DNA of 64,000 nucleotides from Sedimentisphaeraceae bacterium JB056 (lineage in GTDB: Bacteria; Planctomycetota; Phycisphaerae; Sedimentisphaerales; Sedimentisphaeraceae): assembly GCA_044440125.1 (NCBI GenBank), contig JBITAJ010000021.1, forward strand, positions 160,001 to 224,000. The letters are read 5' to 3'. Positions 10,180-20,883 of this stretch are shown piece after piece; within the stretch, counting starts at the first letter, position 1, and every line of letters starts with the position of its first letter. Below the pieces are notes generated by a model. It saw only the letters and a program-made list of their open reading frames with translations, ran no database searches and was not told the origin of the DNA. Made by a program: the position numbers and the translations under genes.

Positions 10180-12678
10180 ATGAATACTGAAAAAATTAAT
10201 CTGCACGGCGACTGGAATCTTTTTCAAGCCCCACTTAATGCCCCACAGGAATATATAAACGATTTATTAAAGAATACACCTGAACCAATAACCTCTCCTG
10301 TCCCCGGAGATATACATCAAGGGCTGATAAATGCTGGTCTTCTAAAAGAACCAACAAAAGGACTTAACGCAAAAGAAGCATCATGGACTCGAGAGAAAAG
10401 CTGGTGGCTCAGGAAGTCTTTTAATATATCCCCACTGCAGCTTAAAACTTCTCAAAATATCCGGCTATGCCTTGATGGTTTAGATTCAAATGCCTGGATA
10501 TACATTAATGACAAGCTGCTCGGGAAACACAATTCTGCATTCCGTCCTTTCAGTAAAGATATCATGAGTATGCTAGAAACCGGCACAAATACAATTACTG
10601 TAAGACTCACAGAGGGCGTTGAAGGTCTTGAAAAAATTGGACCGACAACTCTCGGCGGAGAAATTCCGGTAGACCCAAGAACCCCAGAAAGGTTTGAATT
10701 AAGAAGAGTTTTCATCCGAAAACCTCAATATTCGTGGGGATGGGACTGGGCTCCGGAATCATCAACAACAGGAATTACAGGCAACGCATATATACAAATT
10801 GCCTGTAATGATCACATTGAAGATTTGCAGATAAAAACAAATGGAAACTGCAAAGACACAAGGCTTGACATATGTGTAACAACTCAACGTTACAACCAGC
10901 TAACCTGCAAAACAACAAATATGCAGATTAATATATTTTCGCCGGAAAACACCCTGATAGAACAAAAAACTCAATCGGTAACTCTCCAAACAGGTAAAAG
11001 TTTTCATAATTTCTGCATACCAATAGAAGATCCGCAATTATGGTGGCCAAACGGCTCGGGCAGTCAACCAAGATACAGAATCACTGCTGCCATAATTGAA
11101 AAGGAACAAATCGTATCATCAATAGAAAAGAAAATAGGAATCAGATTTGCAGAACTTGACACCCAAGATAATTTTGCAATTAAAATTAATAATGTGCCTA
11201 TATTTTGCAAAGGTGCCAATTTAATTCCTGCAGACCTGTATTACGGTCGTGCTTCAACTGAAAAATACAGCGAACTGATTAAACTGGCTAAAGAAGCCAA
11301 CTTTAATATGCTGAGGATATGGGGAGGCGGCCTGTATCTTTCCGATGAGTTCTATGATGAATGTGATAAGGCAGGAATTATGATATGGCATGATTTCATG
11401 TTTGCATGTGCTCCTTACCCTGACTACGACGAAGCCTTCTGTGATGAAATACAGAAAGAAGTAAACTACCAGCTTAAACGGCTTAATCATCACCCATCAA
11501 TTGTGCTATGGTGCGGCGACAATGAAAATATACTCAACCGTAATTCCCTTGAAAAAACACAAAACGGTGCAAGAGTAACAGGTCAAATACTTCCCGAAGC
11601 GGTTAACAATCTCTGTTCACAAACAATATACTGGTTCAGCTCTCCGTACGGCACAGGAGACAATTACAAGCATATATCATGCGATACTCCCGGAAATTGC
11701 CATATCTGGAAAAATGTTATGCTTTCACCAAACATGGAAGACAGGATAAATTTCAATGTATTCGACAACATGAATCCGTGTTTTGTTTCTGAATACGGAT
11801 TCCCCGGAACATGTACAAAGCAGACAACTATTGAGTACACAGAAAATCCTGATTTCACTTTGGAAAGCCCACAATGGATGTATCATTACAATCCATTTGC
11901 ACGTAATGTTCTTGAAAGTGCTATCCAAAAACATTATGCTGAAGATCTCGCAGGGATGTCCACTGAAGAGTTTCTTTATTACGGCGGAATAATTCAGGGG
12001 AAAGCCTATCAGCACAGTCTTGAATCTTTCAGACAAAATCCAAAGTGCAATGGAGCTTTATTCTGGATGTTCAACGATTGCTGGGGAGAAGTAGGCTGGA
12101 CTATAATAGATTATTATATGAGATATAAAGCTTCTTACTGGTTTGTGAAAAGAGCGTTTAATTGTATGAGATTAGTTATTCGTCAAATAGAGGACAATAC
12201 AATTGTAACATTAATCAATGATACAGATAAAAATATAGAAAAAGAAATCAGTCTATACTATTACAATCTGCAAACAAACAGCAAACAACTCATTCTAAGC
12301 GAAAGACTCTCAGTTGAACCTTACAACTCAAAAAAGATGATAAGCAAACCACAATCTGTAAATGTCGACCCCAAAATAGGTTTATGGCTATGTCAGGCTG
12401 ATGATAATAAAATCGACCCTGCCACACTATTATTAACTGAGCTCAAAAATACAGCCAGAAAACCTGCAAAGATAGCAATAAGTAATATTGATTCGGAAAA
12501 TAACAGAATTAGTTTTGAGCTTAAATCAGACAACTACGCACATGGAGTTGAGTTGGATTTACCTCAAAAGGCAATCCCTTCTGACAATTACTTTGACCTG
12601 ATACCCGGCATAAAAAAGAAGGTAACTGTTAAAAATATAAATACGATCACAGAAGCAAACATAAAAAGATACATTTAA
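10180..12678 (+). CDS. GH2 beta-mannosidase-like glycoside hydrolase, no signal peptide
   Basis: RKPQYSWGWDW, NMLRIWGGG, WHDFMFAC, WCGDNE (acid/base), FVSEYG (nucleophile), WMFNDCW. Confidence 0.93.
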   Translation: MNTEKINLHGDWNLFQAPLNAPQEYINDLLKNTPEPITSPVPGDIHQGLINAGLLKEPTKGLNAKEASWTREKSWWLRKSFNISPLQLKTSQNIRLCLDGLDSNAWIYINDKLLGKHNSAFRPFSKDIMSMLETGTNTITVRLTEGVEGLEKIGPTTLGGEIPVDPRTPERFELRRVFIRKPQYSWGWDWAPESSTTGITGNAYIQIACNDHIEDLQIKTNGNCKDTRLDICVTTQRYNQLTCKTTNMQINIFSPENTLIEQKTQSVTLQTGKSFHNFCIPIEDPQLWWPNGSGSQPRYRITAAIIEKEQIVSSIEKKIGIRFAELDTQDNFAIKINNVPIFCKGANLIPADLYYGRASTEKYSELIKLAKEANFNMLRIWGGGLYLSDEFYDECDKAGIMIWHDFMFACAPYPDYDEAFCDEIQKEVNYQLKRLNHHPSIVLWCGDNENILNRNSLEKTQNGARVTGQILPEAVNNLCSQTIYWFSSPYGTGDNYKHISCDTPGNCHIWKNVMLSPNMEDRINFNVFDNMNPCFVSEYGFPGTCTKQTTIEYTENPDFTLESPQWMYHYNPFARNVLESAIQKHYAEDLAGMSTEEFLYYGGIIQGKAYQHSLESFRQNPKCNGALFWMFNDCWGEVGWTIIDYYMRYKASYWFVKRAFNCMRLVIRQIEDNTIVTLINDTDKNIEKEISLYYYNLQTNSKQLILSERLSVEPYNSKKMISKPQSVNVDPKIGLWLCQADDNKIDPATLLLTELKNTARKPAKIAISNIDSENNRISFELKSDNYAHGVELDLPQKAIPSDNYFDLIPGIKKKVTVKNINTITEANIKRYI

Positions 12679-12679
12679 A

Positions 12680-12801
12680 ATAAGCATTCACACCGCTAAT
12701 TAGAATTTTTAATTAATACACTATGGTCGCTGTTTGCGGAAAACCCAAACGGTATTTAGTATATTAAAAAGCCAATTTTCGGTAAACGTTTGAATGGTTA
12801 C
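12680..12801. mobile_element. Degenerate 122-bp MITE-like element, homologous to 41571-41692
   Basis: Ends ATAAGCATTCAC...TTGAATGGTTAC. Same length and collinear internal blocks as the 41571 copy. TSD eroded. Confidence 0.6.
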
Positions 12802-12843
12802 AAATAAAACGACTAAAATTACACTTTAAAATTGGAATAAATC

Positions 12844-13695
12844 ATGTCATTAGAACGAATGGACACATTATTAATTGCCGCCCGTAAAAACAGATATGCA
12901 GTAGCAGCGTTTGAATGCTGGAACAGTGCAAATATATATGCAATAGCAGAAGGCGCTGCACAAACAGATATGCCGGTTATTTTTCAGGCCAGTCATGCAG
13001 AATACACCATAATGGGTGGAGCTGACGCATTATTTGACATTGTAAGTTTCTATATCCGAAAGAAAAATATCACAGCAGCATTGCATTTAGATCACGGTAT
13101 AAGCTTAGAACAGGTTGAAGAATGTGCCAAAGCAGGCTTTTCATCTGTAATGCTTGATGCTTCACGTCTCTCATTTGAAGAAAACATTAAATTGTCAAAA
13201 CAAGCCGCAGAAATAGCCAATGAATACAAAATAAGTATTGAATGCGAACTGGGACATGTTGCCGGTGCCGAAGGTGGTATGGATGACATTGATGAAACAG
13301 AATGCTGTATGACTGACCCTGAAAAAGCAGAAATATTTGTAAAAAAAACAAACGCAGACTGCCTTGCGGTTGCAATTGGCACTGTTCATGGTGATTACAG
13401 AAGCAAACCCAATATCGATCTTAAATTGCTTGAACAAATATCAGACATAATAGAAGTACCTCTGGTTCTGCATGGAGGATCGGGAACTCCACCGAAAACG
13501 CTGAAAGAGTGCATAAATCGAGGTATAGCAAAAATCAACATCTGTACAGATATACACAAAATTTGGCTTGATGGAATAGAAAAAGCCAAGACAACTTTGA
13601 CACCTTCTGTACCAGGAAAGTTTTATCAACCTGCACAGGAAATGTTGGTCCAAGCCGTAACCCAAAAGATTGAGCTATTTAAAAATGAACGATAA
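12844..13695 (+). CDS. Class II fructose/tagatose-bisphosphate aldolase family protein
   Basis: LHLDHG, SVMLDAS, ECELG, AIGTVHG, LVLHGGSG, KINICT. Confidence 0.95.
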   Translation: MSLERMDTLLIAARKNRYAVAAFECWNSANIYAIAEGAAQTDMPVIFQASHAEYTIMGGADALFDIVSFYIRKKNITAALHLDHGISLEQVEECAKAGFSSVMLDASRLSFEENIKLSKQAAEIANEYKISIECELGHVAGAEGGMDDIDETECCMTDPEKAEIFVKKTNADCLAVAIGTVHGDYRSKPNIDLKLLEQISDIIEVPLVLHGGSGTPPKTLKECINRGIAKINICTDIHKIWLDGIEKAKTTLTPSVPGKFYQPAQEMLVQAVTQKIELFKNER

Positions 13696-14749
13696 GTTAA
13701 ACAATAACAAAATTGCAGTTATGGGACATATATGCCTTGACCTGTATCCTTCAATAAAAAATATAGCAGATATAGATTTTGTTCCCGGAAAACTTAGTGA
13801 GATTGGTCCATGCAGTTGTTCTCCGGGAGGTGCCGTTGGAAATACTGGGCTGGTTTTAGAAAAATTAGGAATACCGGTTAAGTTGTTGGCAAAAATTGGA
13901 GACGACTCGTTAGGTGAAACGCTGTCTTCCTTTTTTACTAATCTGCCGCCTGATGCCCAAAAACATATTGTTGCCGTAGAAGGAAATACTGCCTATTCAA
14001 TAGTTATCAACCCTGAAGGTCATGACAGAATGTTTCTGGCATATCGCGGAGTTAATGATCAAATATGTTACAATGATTTAACTGATGATTTTATCGAAGA
14101 CACGGCAATACTTCATTTTGGCTACCCTCCTTTGTGCAAAACAATTGCAGAAAACAATGGTAACGAACTTAAAAAAATATTCCGGTATGTTCAGGATAAG
14201 GGAATAATTACATCACTGGACATGTCCCTGCCTTCTCCCGGCTCCTCTTCAGAAAAGATTAACTGGCTTAATTTTTTGAAAAATGTTATGCCGCAAACAG
14301 ATATATTTCTACCAAGCATTGACGAACTGCTGTTTATGTTCAAAGCAAAATACTCTAATATCACTGAAGCCTTGGATACTTATTCAAAACAGCTGCTTGA
14401 CTGGGGAGCGGCAGTAATCGTTATCAAATTAGGCTCAGACGGATTTTACGTAAGAACAACAACATCATCTTCACGTATTAATTGCCTTAAATATCTACTT
14501 TCTGAAAATGTGGATAATTGGCGGAATAAAAAATTTTCCGTTCCGTGTTACAAGGTTAAAGTAAAAGGGACAACCGGTGCAGGAGATGCCACAATTGCAG
14601 GTTTTTTGAGCGGCATGCTAAATGGATTTACAATCGAAAAAACTGCACAAATAGCTACTGGTGTCGGAGCACTTTGTGTAACTCAACATGATGCAACCTC
14701 AGGAATTACCCCGCTTGAAGATATTATAGAAAAAGTTCACAACCAATAG
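13685..14749 (+). CDS. PfkB/ribokinase-family sugar kinase (likely start ATG 13685, overlapping the aldolase stop)
   Basis: PGGAVGNTG, KIGDDSLG and GTTGAGDATIAGFL signatures. Confidence 0.92.
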   Translation: MNDKLNNNKIAVMGHICLDLYPSIKNIADIDFVPGKLSEIGPCSCSPGGAVGNTGLVLEKLGIPVKLLAKIGDDSLGETLSSFFTNLPPDAQKHIVAVEGNTAYSIVINPEGHDRMFLAYRGVNDQICYNDLTDDFIEDTAILHFGYPPLCKTIAENNGNELKKIFRYVQDKGIITSLDMSLPSPGSSSEKINWLNFLKNVMPQTDIFLPSIDELLFMFKAKYSNITEALDTYSKQLLDWGAAVIVIKLGSDGFYVRTTTSSSRINCLKYLLSENVDNWRNKKFSVPCYKVKVKGTTGAGDATIAGFLSGMLNGFTIEKTAQIATGVGALCVTQHDATSGITPLEDIIEKVHNQ

Positions 14750-14810
14750 AATCAGAACAGCTGTAGTTAGTTTTGCAGGCCTAAATCACCTTCATGTTTT
14801 AAAAGCAAAT

Positions 14811-16934
14811 TTAGACCTGAAGGTGTTCTGTACGCTTTATTACTTCAAGCTTTAACTCATCACTAAGATTATTAAATTTAGTCGAATATCCACCTATTCT
14901 GACAATCAGGTCATTATGTTTTTCTGGATGTTCCACTGCATCCTTAAGTATATCACCATCAAGAATTGAAATCTGAATTTGCATTCCCCCCATATCAAAA
15001 TACGTTTTTATAAGATTCTTCAGGCTTTCTCTTCCTTTTGCTGTATCAACCATATCTCTGGCAAACCTCACATTTAACACCGGCGTACCAACAGCCAGGT
15101 ATTGTGGCAATGAGGCAACACTTTTAAGCATCGCAGTAGGCCCGTTAGTATCACAACCCTGCATCGGACCTATACTGTCAGAAATAGGAGTAAAAGCAAA
15201 CCTCCCATCTGGCGTTGCACCAACCTCTTTCCCTAAATCAGAATAGGTCTCAAACATTATACACGCAGGCATAAATACTCCTCCACGCCACGGCTCATAT
15301 TTCAGCAATTCATGATAGACAAACAAAGAAATATCCTTAGCAATAGAATCAACTCTGAAATCATCGTTACCAAATTTAGGACATAAGGATAACTGCTTGC
15401 GTAGTTCTTCATGACCAGCAAAATTGTCATGTAATATTTCAAGTAATTCAGAACCGCTAAGTTGCTTGCTTTTGAATACAATTTCTTTAACAGCCGCAAG
15501 TGAATCTGCGACATTTGCTAATCCTGCAAAATTAATATTACTTCCGTTATATCTCGCTCCGCCTGAATAATAATCCTTACCGGAAGAAATACAATCATCG
15601 ATAAGTAAACTGCGTATTGGCTGGGGCATAGTCTGTGCTCTACGCCGCTGATATTCATTAACAGATTCTACCATCAAAGAAATTTTAGATGACAAACGTG
15701 ACTTAAAAAATTCTATAAACTCATCAAATGACACAGAACAAGCAATATATTCATCTATGACATTACATAATATCTTGGGCATATTCAATCCCGCATCAAT
15801 TGAACCAACACAACTTTTACCATGTATAATTGTCTCCGTACAACCGCATCCACACCACCATGCTATATCATCGCTGTCCTTACAAAAACCGGAATCATAT
15901 ATACTCTTGATATATAATTTGTCATTATAAAATGCTGGATTCGCATTGCCTTCAGCAAGCGAATCAAATGCTGTCTGCCAGATATTCTCAGATGTATAAT
16001 CATTTATTTTAAGCTCAGTATTTGGACGTGAACGTCCCGTTAATGTATGGATATAAAGCTCTGTCAATTTATGTTCAAACGGCTTACCATCAGGGTTTGA
16101 ACCTCCAATAGCAGAAGTCCACCCAGAATTCACTTCACAACTCTCCGATAACGCATCAAGCCAGGATTGGGCATCAATATCTGTTAATATTCCACCAGAA
16201 TTATCCCTGTCATAAAATTCCGCAAGCTCCTTATCAACACAACCCTGATTATCACAAAAATCTAAATAAAACACAAAATTATAAGAAATGACAGCTTCAA
16301 CAAAAGACCTCGCAGGTCTAAAAGGAACTTGTGCAAAAGCTTCAAGTAAAACATCTCGATTACGCAGTTTATTGCTATCTGTCGAATTATATTCAATAAG
16401 ACTGCAGCGCAGCCGTTTATGCCATACCTTTATTCCGTCAATAAGTTTTAATATATTTTCATAAAAATCTATTTTTAAAGGATCTTTGTCTTCTTCAGCT
16501 CTCCCCAAACCAATTTGGCAACGGCTTTTGGCATCATCTAAACCTCCCCTGAGAATTCGTCCATAATTAGGTATACTATGTGTATAACCATTACCACCGA
16601 CAAAAAAATTATTCTCAATTATACTGCTGTTAGCTTTTTTAATACCTCTAATCACTTCAGCAATATGGTAATAACCAAGCTCTTGAGCCGCTTCAGACGA
16701 AAACGCCAGGGTATCACTATAATGAGGCCAAACAATCCGATTAAAGCTTTCACCATTAGAAACACAGATCCCGCAAGGCCAAAGTCTTTGCCCTGAATAT
16801 TCATTCAAAGGGGTATACTCAAAATACTTAACATAAGCATTTACAACTCTCGACAAATTAGAAGCAGATTCATTCTCAAAATAACCGGCCGCCAAAAACT
16901 CATTGTCCTTCATCAATTTATCTATAACAGACAT
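14811..16934 (-). CDS. Short glycyl radical enzyme (PFL superfamily), substrate unknown
   Basis: Gly loop DLIVRIGGYS; Cys loop WCGCGCTE; PKFGNDD and ATPDGR motifs; 707 aa. Confidence 0.92.
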   Translation of the reverse strand: MSVIDKLMKDNEFLAAGYFENESASNLSRVVNAYVKYFEYTPLNEYSGQRLWPCGICVSNGESFNRIVWPHYSDTLAFSSEAAQELGYYHIAEVIRGIKKANSSIIENNFFVGGNGYTHSIPNYGRILRGGLDDAKSRCQIGLGRAEEDKDPLKIDFYENILKLIDGIKVWHKRLRCSLIEYNSTDSNKLRNRDVLLEAFAQVPFRPARSFVEAVISYNFVFYLDFCDNQGCVDKELAEFYDRDNSGGILTDIDAQSWLDALSESCEVNSGWTSAIGGSNPDGKPFEHKLTELYIHTLTGRSRPNTELKINDYTSENIWQTAFDSLAEGNANPAFYNDKLYIKSIYDSGFCKDSDDIAWWCGCGCTETIIHGKSCVGSIDAGLNMPKILCNVIDEYIACSVSFDEFIEFFKSRLSSKISLMVESVNEYQRRRAQTMPQPIRSLLIDDCISSGKDYYSGGARYNGSNINFAGLANVADSLAAVKEIVFKSKQLSGSELLEILHDNFAGHEELRKQLSLCPKFGNDDFRVDSIAKDISLFVYHELLKYEPWRGGVFMPACIMFETYSDLGKEVGATPDGRFAFTPISDSIGPMQGCDTNGPTAMLKSVASLPQYLAVGTPVLNVRFARDMVDTAKGRESLKNLIKTYFDMGGMQIQISILDGDILKDAVEHPEKHNDLIVRIGGYSTKFNNLSDELKLEVIKRTEHLQV

Positions 16935-17061
16935 CTATAATTCCTTACCATTTCACTCAGTTTGAATGTCTCGTACGATTTATCATACCTTCTCGATTCA
17001 CACAAATCAGATAATCTTTTTAACAGCTTTACCATAATCAACTTCCATATACTATGTAATA

Positions 17062-17979
17062 TTACAATAAGATGAAATTAAGAATTTTATCAACACCAAG
17101 CACTTTTAAACCTTGTAGCCAAGACTTGACCGTTTCTTCTTCCGGCTGCTGCGAAACAAAAGTCTTGTTAGAAAGACCAAAACGCTCATATTTACTTTCA
17201 CCCAAACGGTGGTAAGGCATTATCTCAACTGCCGAAATATTAAGATTCCTATACAATTCTGCAATTCCTTGAAAATGCTCATCACGGTCATTAAGCGAAG
17301 GAATAACAGGACATCTTAAAACAATCTCACTGCCTGCCTCAGAAAGTTTCTCAAGATTACTGCGGATTAATGAATTATCAACCCCGCAATACTCAAGATG
17401 TCTTTGCGAATCCGTTTCCTTCCAGTCAAATAAAAAGATATCAGTAAAAGGAATTATTCTCTCAAGAAAACTCCATTTACAATACCCGCATGTTTCAACT
17501 GCTGTATGCAGTGAACTCTGCTTCGCAAGCTTAAGCAATTTTTCAGTGAATAAAGGCTGAGCGGCAGGTTCTCCACCGGAAACAGTTAATCCTCCACCGG
17601 AATTTCCATAAAAAGGTTTGTCCCGTATCACTATCTCAATCACATCCTCTGCCGACATTTGCTCTCCTACAAGTTCCAACGCCTTAGCATAGCACTTCCT
17701 TGTACATTGACCGCACCCCGTGCAAGTGCTGCGGTCAATGACATGTCGACCGTCAAGAAGTTTATGTGCATCATTGGGACAATGCTCAAAACAATATCCG
17801 CATCCTATACACTTTGACTCAATAAAAGAAAGTATAGGTTTTGAAGATTGACTCTCAGGATTATGGCACCATTTACACTGAAGCGGACAACCCTTTAGAA
17901 AAACAGTCGTCCTTATCCCCGGACCATCATGTATTGAAAATCGCTGAATTTCAAGAACCATGCCTTTAACTTCAGACAT
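17062..17979 (-). CDS. Glycyl-radical enzyme activase (radical SAM with a 2x[4Fe-4S] insert); likely start ATG 17979
   Basis: IQRFSIHDGPGIRTTVFLKGCPLQCKWCHNPE; CxxCxxCxxxC twice; SGGEP; ETCG; start overlaps the stop of the upstream GRE. Confidence 0.95.
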   Translation of the reverse strand: MSEVKGMVLEIQRFSIHDGPGIRTTVFLKGCPLQCKWCHNPESQSSKPILSFIESKCIGCGYCFEHCPNDAHKLLDGRHVIDRSTCTGCGQCTRKCYAKALELVGEQMSAEDVIEIVIRDKPFYGNSGGGLTVSGGEPAAQPLFTEKLLKLAKQSSLHTAVETCGYCKWSFLERIIPFTDIFLFDWKETDSQRHLEYCGVDNSLIRSNLEKLSEAGSEIVLRCPVIPSLNDRDEHFQGIAELYRNLNISAVEIMPYHRLGESKYERFGLSNKTFVSQQPEEETVKSWLQGLKVLGVDKILNFILL

Positions 17980-20032
17980 CATCAAACTCCATACGCTGAA
18001 TAACTTCGCTCTGCATCTCAGGAATAAGACGGGTAAAATAATCCGTATAGCCACCTATTCTGACTACGAGATCCGCATAATCTTCAGGACTTTCAAGAGC
18101 TTTCTCAAGTATACCCGAATCCAAGACATTTATCTGTACTTCAAACCCGTTTCGCTCCAAATAGGTAATAATAAGAGTCTTAAGCTTATCACGCTCTGCC
18201 TGACTCCTAAGCTGCGATTTGTTAAATCTCATATTATAAGCTACCCCGCCAAGCAATGAGCTATGATCCCATGATGTAGTTGATAATATCGCCGCAGTAG
18301 GACCTAATGTCTCACGTCCTTGAGCAGGTCCGGCGCCATCTGCAAAAGGTGTAGCCGCCAACCTGCCGTCAGGAGTAGCGCCGCATTCTTTGCCCAACCG
18401 TGTATGCATTTCCCAACAAAATGCGCCGGGCAAAAACTCACTATTATCGGGGAATACTTTGCAATTCAGACAACTCTCTTTTAATGCCTCAACAATATCC
18501 CTGAACATCGAATCAACCTCTTCACTGCCATGCCCGTATTTGGGATAAGCATTTCTAAAACGCAAAGCATCTTCCTGAGAATTCTTAAAATTACTATCCA
18601 GAAGTTCTTTCAGTTCTTTAAGTGTTTTTTCTCCATTAAAAACTTCTTCGCGAATAACATAAAGCGAGTCAATCAGATTGGCTAAACCAACAAATGAACA
18701 TTCAACCTGATTATATCTTGCCCCTCCATCATCAATATCTTTGGCACGTTCTATACAATCAAGAGTAAATACGCTCTGAAGAGGCTTTCCCCCATATTCC
18801 TGTCGCTGTCTACGATATTCATTCTGTTCTTTTACACCTTCTTTAATCGCAGAACTCATAAGCTCAATATATCTGCTCAAAAACTCTTCAAAACTGTCAG
18901 AAACATCGCCACCTTCAACTTCAGCAGCAATCTCTTCAAGCAATATACCGCATGTATTAAAATAAGGACTCGCAACCCATATATTACTCGAATTGCATGG
19001 AGTTATCTCAACACATGCCGAATTTATATAATTACAGGCTTCTTCAATCGGCAATCCGATATCCATCAAACCCTTTGTTATAATATCATCACCAAAAAAT
19101 GCCGGCGTAGTATAGCCATTGCATACAAGTTCAACTGCAAGATCTATCAGGCTTTGTGGTGTTTTTTCATGCCAACATAAACCCACTGTAGGATATACCA
19201 ATTTTGTACGTCTTAACGCTTCAAAACACAGATACGAAAATTCGTTGGTTGTATCACAACCATTTTCGTCTTTGCCGCCAACCATAATGCTATAGGCTAA
19301 ACCTCGAGTATAAGTGTAGTTTATCAGCAAATAAAACTCCTCAATAAGCTCAAGGACTTCTTCTCTTGTGACCTTTTCGTGTAAAATATCTTGTGTATAG
19401 AATTTCCCCAAAGCTCTGTCGAGCCTGCCGGGAACAAGACACCAAACAGTATCAGAAGCACTAACACCAAGATTAAGCAGCCATATAAGCTGAATTGCAT
19501 CACGAAAATCACGTGGAGGATTAACCGATATATATCGGCAACGCTCAGCAATATCAACATCCATTCCACTGCCTGCATTCTCAATCATCTTAGATAAACC
19601 TTCCAGAGAATCTAAGAATGACTCAAGAACTGTCCTTTCTGATTCATTAGCAGAAGAAACTCTTTCTACAATCTTTTTCTTTATTCCATTGATACCAATA
19701 CTGAGAATGTCATCATAATAAATTTGGCAATGCCCTGTTTGTCCCCCTGCAAGTGGAGATTTTTCGAATATAAGTTCTTCCTCGGCAGTAATCTCAGGCT
19801 CAATTTTCTGCCAACCAGCCAAGCGAATTCCCATTGCAAAATCAAAATCCAACCGCTCAAGCGTTTTGCGAACATTAATTCCCTGCCTTTTCTGCCACGG
19901 AGATATGTCGTCAGTCTCTGCTAAAACACGGCCGCGTCTGGAAATAACTGCTGCAGGAGAACAAGGAGCTTTGCCTTCTATACTAATAGAAACAATTTTT
20001 TCTCGTAGTGTAGAGATATCTGTATTTTGCAT
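17972..20032 (-). CDS. Second short glycyl radical enzyme, substrate unknown
   Basis: Gly loop DLVVRIGGYT; Cys loop NSACVEIT; PGRLDR, PKYG and ATPDGR motifs; 686 aa. Confidence 0.92.
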   Translation of the reverse strand: MQNTDISTLREKIVSISIEGKAPCSPAAVISRRGRVLAETDDISPWQKRQGINVRKTLERLDFDFAMGIRLAGWQKIEPEITAEEELIFEKSPLAGGQTGHCQIYYDDILSIGINGIKKKIVERVSSANESERTVLESFLDSLEGLSKMIENAGSGMDVDIAERCRYISVNPPRDFRDAIQLIWLLNLGVSASDTVWCLVPGRLDRALGKFYTQDILHEKVTREEVLELIEEFYLLINYTYTRGLAYSIMVGGKDENGCDTTNEFSYLCFEALRRTKLVYPTVGLCWHEKTPQSLIDLAVELVCNGYTTPAFFGDDIITKGLMDIGLPIEEACNYINSACVEITPCNSSNIWVASPYFNTCGILLEEIAAEVEGGDVSDSFEEFLSRYIELMSSAIKEGVKEQNEYRRQRQEYGGKPLQSVFTLDCIERAKDIDDGGARYNQVECSFVGLANLIDSLYVIREEVFNGEKTLKELKELLDSNFKNSQEDALRFRNAYPKYGHGSEEVDSMFRDIVEALKESCLNCKVFPDNSEFLPGAFCWEMHTRLGKECGATPDGRLAATPFADGAGPAQGRETLGPTAAILSTTSWDHSSLLGGVAYNMRFNKSQLRSQAERDKLKTLIITYLERNGFEVQINVLDSGILEKALESPEDYADLVVRIGGYTDYFTRLIPEMQSEVIQRMEFDDV

Positions 20033-20034
20033 AA

Positions 20035-20874
20035 TTAATTTTCCTGAAGAAGCCTCTTAACTTTGCCAGTTTTTATAATTTTCTCGTAGTAATCTCCTGA
20101 GTACCCAAGCTGCATAGATATATTCTTTGCGGTATTGAAGACCATACATATGTAATCTTTGATTCTTTCCTGATCAAATCGCACTCTCATACCGGTAATA
20201 CCAATCCCTGCTACGGCATTACCATTTGCATCAAATACAGCCGCGCCTATACAGTAAACACCTCTTGAATACTCTTCGCGGTCGAAGGAAATGCCGCTCA
20301 TTCGAATATCTTCCAACTCTTCGAGTAATTCCGCCAATGTAGTAATTGTATTTTCCGTCAGCCGTGGTAATTCTGCAGGAAGCAGCGAAAGGACATCTTC
20401 ATTACTCATAAACGCAAGCACGGCTTTTCCGAAAGCATTACAATGATAATGGAGTCGTGCATGCGGCTTAAAACGTAAGTAGAAATCGCAATCCGGCTCT
20501 ATAATATCAAGTGATTCCATGCAGTTTCCTGCCGGTATCTGAATTTGAGCTGTTTCACCAACCATACGTGATAATGCTTCAATATGGCTATGTGCAATAT
20601 CACGCAAAGTCTCTCTATCCTGCCTGAAACTTCTGAGCATAAAAAGCCTTGGAGTTAATGAATACCCCTTAGTAATCTCATCCTGAACCGCATAACCTCT
20701 TGCCACAAGCCTTGCCATAATCCGGAAAATAGAATTGGAAGATATATCAAGCGTTCTGGATAATTCACTTACACCGTAAGGAACTTCTTTTGTCGCTAAA
20801 AACTCAACTATATCAAGCATCCTGTCAATCGCAGGAGCCGAATAATTTGAGCCACCGGTTAAGCTCTTTTTCAT
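20035..20874 (-). CDS. IclR-family transcriptional regulator
   Basis: wHTH (APAIDRMLDIVE...GVSELSRTL); effector domain HCNAFGKAVLA...DREEYSRGVYCIGA. Confidence 0.95.
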   Translation of the reverse strand: MKKSLTGGSNYSAPAIDRMLDIVEFLATKEVPYGVSELSRTLDISSNSIFRIMARLVARGYAVQDEITKGYSLTPRLFMLRSFRQDRETLRDIAHSHIEALSRMVGETAQIQIPAGNCMESLDIIEPDCDFYLRFKPHARLHYHCNAFGKAVLAFMSNEDVLSLLPAELPRLTENTITTLAELLEELEDIRMSGISFDREEYSRGVYCIGAAVFDANGNAVAGIGITGMRVRFDQERIKDYICMVFNTAKNISMQLGYSGDYYEKIIKTGKVKRLLQEN

Positions 20875-20883
20875 ATAACACCT

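Noticed and set aside
14811..20032. Calling the GREs pyruvate formate-lyase (pflB) and the activase pflA
   Set aside because: No adjacent Cys-Cys motif in either GRE, and the activase has a ferredoxin insert that PflA lacks.
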